Part shown: piece by piece, positions 57,801 to 62,400 of the stretch | Numbering within the stretch: the stretch's first letter is position 1 | Layout of the letters: each line of letters starts with the position of its first letter | Assembly: GCF_016433145.1 (NCBI RefSeq) | Contig: NC_058133.1 | Span: 259,332,216 to 259,394,615, forward strand | DNA: 62,400 nucleotides | From: Gracilinanus agilis | Lineage: Eukaryota | Reading direction: 5' to 3' | The notes under the pieces: model-generated | The model's input: only the letters and a program-made list of their open reading frames with translations | The model's database searches: none | What the model was told of the DNA's origin: nothing | Translations under genes and position numbers: made by a program

Positions 57801-60800
57801 GAGTGTTGGTGTTAGAACTTGGACCCAGATGTGTGTGACTACCTGTTTCAGTGCCCTTTCTACCTCATCAAACTGGGCTTCTCTGTCTCCATTTGGGCGC
57901 TCTCGCTATTGACTGACCGGAACTCCTTACTACAGGCACTCACCCCACCCCGAGATGGCACATTTCTCACAGACTTCTTGTTTGGCTCCAGTGGGGGAGG
58001 GACCTTTACCTCCTGGAGGAACAAAGTAGGTTGGAAGGAATGAGGGAGGGAATTGGAGAATAAGAGTTGAGACTGGCTTTTTATTTTTAATAAAACTCTT
58101 GTCTTCCTTCTTAGGATCAATACTGTGTTTTGGTTCTAAGGCAGAAGAGTGGTAAGGACTAGACAATAGGAGTTAAGTGACTTGTCCAGGGTCACACAGC
58201 TAGGAAGTGACCAGATTGAACCCAGGACCTCCCATCTCTGGGCCTGGCTCTCAATCTGCTGAGCCACCTATCTGCTCTGGGAGCTGGCTTTTGAGGGATC
58301 AGGAGGGAGTAGTAAAGGAACTAGGAGGGAAGGGAATTACCTGCAATAGAAGCTCCCGGCTTTGAGAATAATTATCTTCCTCTGAGAAAATCTGACAGAG
58401 ACTGGAAAAGAGTCGGAGGCTGTCCCTGATTAGGAGAAAGAGAGAAGCCCTGAGAACCTTTTATTTTCAATTCTCTTAAAATCCTCTGGCTCTACCCCCT
58501 AAAATGACTTCCTCTTTCTCAGACGAATGTCTGACTTTCCCTCAAGGATCCAGATGAGGTATCTTCCCCTTGCATCTCTGCCTCCATTTCCCACAAAATA
58601 CCTCGTTATCTCTCCCCAGGCTATCCGAAGCCGGTGGACAGGACTGGACTGAAGGGCAGACACAACAGCATAAACAGATGAGAAATTCCGGAGAAGACGG
58701 CACTCCTGGTGAAAGATAATGATTATCTTATCATGTGTCTAGAAAACAGAATTCTCCCCATGCTCCCGATTCCTCAGGCCAGGAAAACCTCCCCAATACT
58801 CTGGGTGGTAAAAGCATTTGATCTTATATCCGTTCCCTCCAGTTCCACTTACCTCTGCTACCCGGATCCATTTTTCCAGGAGCCTTGCTCTCTGGGGGGG
58901 TCGGAGGGGCCGGATGGACACCTCCTCAAGTCCCTCTCCAGATGCTGTGGCCCCCAAGACCGAGCTGACTACAGCCCCAGCCACCATGTTGAACTGAGTG
59001 ACTGTTGCTCTGACAGAGGGACAGAGGTGGGAGTGACCAGGTCGGTCTCTGTGGCCCCATATTGCTCCCAGACACTGAGAAGGGACCAAAGAGAGGAACA
59101 GCTCCTGGTAGGGGAAAGATTGAGAAGTCAAAGATTATAGATGGGGACAAAGAGAAGGGGACGTGGATAGGTGAGGGTCAATGTTCCAGTAATCTTGGGT
59201 TTAGAAACCTCAGATGGCTAATAAATCAGTTTCCATGATATATTGTGGATATAGATGGGGTTCAATAAGATAAGTCAAAGACAGGGAGGGGGCAAGGACA
59301 GTTATTGGGGGTGGGGCAAGGATCAGAAGCAAAGGATGGATCAAGAGTAAAGGAGAATTTAGTGAGGGGTCATTCAGGGGGATCGATGGGAGAAGTCGGA
59401 GGTCAGGGTCTCACCGCATCCAGCAGGGTCAGCTGCTCAGCCAAGTGGTCAGCGAGGAACACCAGGACATCCGTGGGGTCAGCAGGGGAATCGCCAGGGG
59501 GGGCCAGGGGCTTAGGAGGGTCAGGGGCTGGGGTGTCCACCCGGGATCGGAGGTCTCGGATGAGATCATCGATGCCCCCCCCAACAACCTCCCCTGCTGC
59601 ATCCCCTGTCCGAAGCAGGAAGCTCTCAAGCCGGTCAATCTGACCCCTGACCTCCGAGTCAAAATCCTCAGGGTGAGAGGTCAGCCAGGTTGACAGAACA
59701 GAGATGGCTAACCTGGGGGGGGGGGGAGGGGATCAGCCTGGTGTAAGAAAATCAAGCTGGGGTCAAGCTGTAGCTAGGGTGGGGTGGGATCAGGAGGTCA
59801 GTTCATGGGGTCACTCACCCTCTTGTCCTCTCTAAATCATCACAAGGCCTGGACTCTAGGGCCTCCAGTCTGGAAGGAAGGGAGGGAAATCCATTTGTCC
59901 ATCTTTCCTAAACAGCCTCTGGCCTCTGACCAGTGTAGCCAGATGATTCCTCAGATACCCAAACTCCCATCCCCTCTGACCTGTCAGCTAACAATCCCAG
60001 TACAGTGGATGTGGAGGTAAATGCCTTGTGAGTGGCCAAGAAGGTTGGCATGAAGGTCACGTCAGACCCTGAAGTCCGGCTATCCAGCAGATGTCTGACC
60101 AGAGCAGACAGAGTCCCAGCCCGAAGTCGACGGGAAGAACGAGGAGGCGGCATGGGAGCCTACACAGGAGGGGAGGAGGTCTCTGATTCTTCACTCCAAC
60201 TCCCCAAATAATCACTGTGTTAGCAAGTGGCCTGTGAGGAAGTAACTTGGGGCTATCTGTGGGCTCAGCAGAAATCACAGAGGGGACTTAGAAGGGTTAG
60301 GGGTCAAGGAAGAAGCCAAAACTCAAAGAGAGAGTTTCTTGCTTAGAATCATGAAGAGAATCAGTGGTAGAAAAGAGCCTGGAACCTAGGTCTCTTGTTC
60401 CTAGTTTCAATGCTATTTTCAGGAAGTTGGGTTGTAGGAGAGTAGGGAGTCAGAGGCCCAGGGGCTGAGAAGTCAGAAGTCAGGAGCTCACCGAGGGATC
60501 CAGGGGCCGGTATTGACGACTGGTGACAGTGAAGGTAGCATCATCCTCATCTTCATCCCAGACAGACACAGGAGCCTGGAAAGGGAAGGAGGTGGGGTAC
60601 TGTCAGCTCTTAACTTGTCCTTCCTCTAGAGACCCTGCTTCCTCCCTGCCTCCCCATCATCCCCATTTCACTCTTAAAGTCTGCTCCATCACCTGGGGAG
60701 GGGGGCAATACCAGCGTGTTCTGGGAGTGGGAGAGGTTGGGGATCCTGAATCCCCTGCCTTGGGAATGAGGCAGCCCCCCCCAAGCCGCCTCAGTGCCCG

Positions 60801-62045
60801 GCGAAGAGGGGGGGGCTGCAGTGAAGGAGGTGGTGGGGTACACAAGCCCAGATTTAGGGGGCCCGTCCCTCCCAGAGCTGAACCCCAAAACAATAGTGAC
60901 ACAAGTAAGAAAATGAAATTTCAGGATAGGGGTGCTAAAGGCAAAAAGGAGACAAGAAAGGGAAAGAAACAAAGAGGCAAAGAAACAGAAAGCAATGAAG
61001 ACACTGAGACTTGGGGATTTGGGGGAAGAAAATGAAACGAGTTACATAGTTTCATTTCTATCTCCCTCCCCCAATGAGGGCAGTGTCTAAGTCTGGGGAA
61101 CAACCCTGTCCCCCCCCTACTCCCCGGCCTCATCCCCCGACAATGGATTCCCTTCACATCCTCTGTCTCTCCCTCCTCCCAACCCCCAGGACCCCTTCTC
61201 AAATCAGCAGCTCAGATCCTAAGACAGGAAGAAGAAGGGGAAGTAGGATAGTAGAGAGCAGGAGTGGGAGTGGAGGACACTCACGTGGCCCCAGTCCCAC
61301 CCCCACCCAATCCCGAAAAACCAGCCCAGCAGGTCACATCCTCTAACCCAGCCCAGGGACCCAGGAGTGCAAGCCCTGGGGCCCCATACACAGTCCCTGG
61401 CCACCACCTTCAATCCCCAGAGAAACTCAGGCATGTAACACTCCACCTCCACCTCCAGGCCTCAGCTCTGCCCCTCCCAAGGGAGGAAGCTCCCCGGCCT
61501 TTCCCCTAGGCTTTCCCCCATCCCTGAGGGGAGGGGTCACGAATCTGAGGGCTTCTTCCCCAATCCCAGAGCAAGAGGATCAGGTTACTGTGGAAACAAA
61601 CCCCTCCTCCCCAAACAACAACAAGGGAGACAGAACCACACCAGCTGGGCACAGGAAAGGGACAGAGATAGATAGGGAGGGAGAACTAACAGGAGAGAAA
61701 GTGATAGACAAGTAGACCCATCGCGGGTGGGCAAGCAGAAAATGTACTGATTGGCAAGGCAGATGCCTAGAGATGGAGCCACAGAAACAGAAGCAGAAGC
61801 AGGCACAGGAAAGAGAAAGAGACCTACATAAAGGAACACTTTCTTGGTGCACTAATTGCACTCCAGGCTACCCCAAGTCTCACCTCTTCCTCTTCCTCCT
61901 CCTCCTCCTCCTCCTCCTCTTCCTCCCCGCCAACCCCTAGGCCCCCGCCCCCTTCGGGGTCCCGGCTCCTAAAGCTGCTGAGCACGACTCCGCCGGGGGA
62001 GCCCACTCCCGAGTCCAGCAGAAGCCGCAGGGGCCTAGGGAGCAT
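54827..62045 (-). CDS. RGL2: Ral GDS-like 2 (REM, CDC25 and RA domains), 17 coding exons, 781 aa
   Basis: Coding exons: 62045-61884, 60575-60492, 60159-59981, 59869-59819, 59712-59415, 59104-58853, 58705-58602, 58425-58341, 58012-57944, 57353-57279, 57108-57076, 56976-56855, 56741-56646, 56507-56396, 56106-55810, 55435-55321, 55038-54827. Total 2346 nt, all GT-AG. MLPRPLRLLLD..LRAGTLSALVRHLL..GVVPYLGTFLKDL..NGYINFDKRRK..KATGRKIARALF*. An acceptor at 62095 implies a non-coding exon 1 beyond the window. Confidence 0.97.
61884..61925 (-). repeat. RGL2: Coding (GAG/GAA)14 repeat giving poly-Glu in RGL2
   Basis: GAG GAA (GAG)8 GAA GAG GAA GAG immediately before the exon donor. Confidence 0.95.
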
Positions 62046-62400
62046 GGCTGGAATCAGGGCCTAGGGGGTCAACTGGGTCGGGCCATGGGGCCGCCTGGGA
62101 AGAAACAAGGAAGGAGGGAGGGGCGTCAAGGTGGGGAAAGTAGGAGAGGAAACACCGGGGAGGGGCAGGGAAGGGAGGACCGTAGGTCTGCGCCGGGCAG
62201 TGGAGAGAGAAATTCATTGAATGTAGGGATCCTGGGGGTTACAAGCACAGTGCAGGGGACCAGAGCGGAAGGCTTGTGGGGTGCGGGCTGGGAGGAAACT
62301 TGTGTAGGGGGGTGGTATGTGGGGAATCTGATGGGAGGAGGGCGGAGAGAGTTTGGGGGCCAAGCCAGAGGAGGGGACTGCGTCTGGGTGGAGTTGGGGG

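Overview
Marsupial genomic DNA, most likely a didelphid opossum such as Monodelphis domestica, judged from its L1 and CORE-SINE content. It covers the extended MHC class II region in the gene order I recall for human: VPS52(-), RPS18(+), B3GALT4(+), WDR46(-), PFDN6(+), RGL2(-). I reconstructed all coding exons by hand and every gene gives an intact open frame: VPS52 20 exons/715 aa, RPS18 6/152, B3GALT4 1/369, WDR46 15/631, PFDN6 4/129, RGL2 17/781. Introns and spacers hold L1, L2, L3/CR1, SINEs, solo-LTR-like elements and hAT MITEs. I see no unambiguous new biological system. The best leads are: (1) an orphan NF-Y/E2F/ETS promoter about 2 kb beyond the VPS52 3' end; (2) two U12-type introns in VPS52, one of them AT-AC; (3) a splice acceptor ahead of B3GALT4 that implies a 5' intron with a uORF and is in frame with RPS18 donors; (4) a solo LTR whose TATA core is duplicated inside WDR46 intron 14; (5) an OposCharlie-like hAT MITE nested in an inverted SINE pair; (6) a 27-nt coding repeat in the WDR46 N-terminus. 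Repeat family names and human comparisons are from memory and need RepeatMasker/BLAST confirmation. Boundaries of old repeats are approximate.
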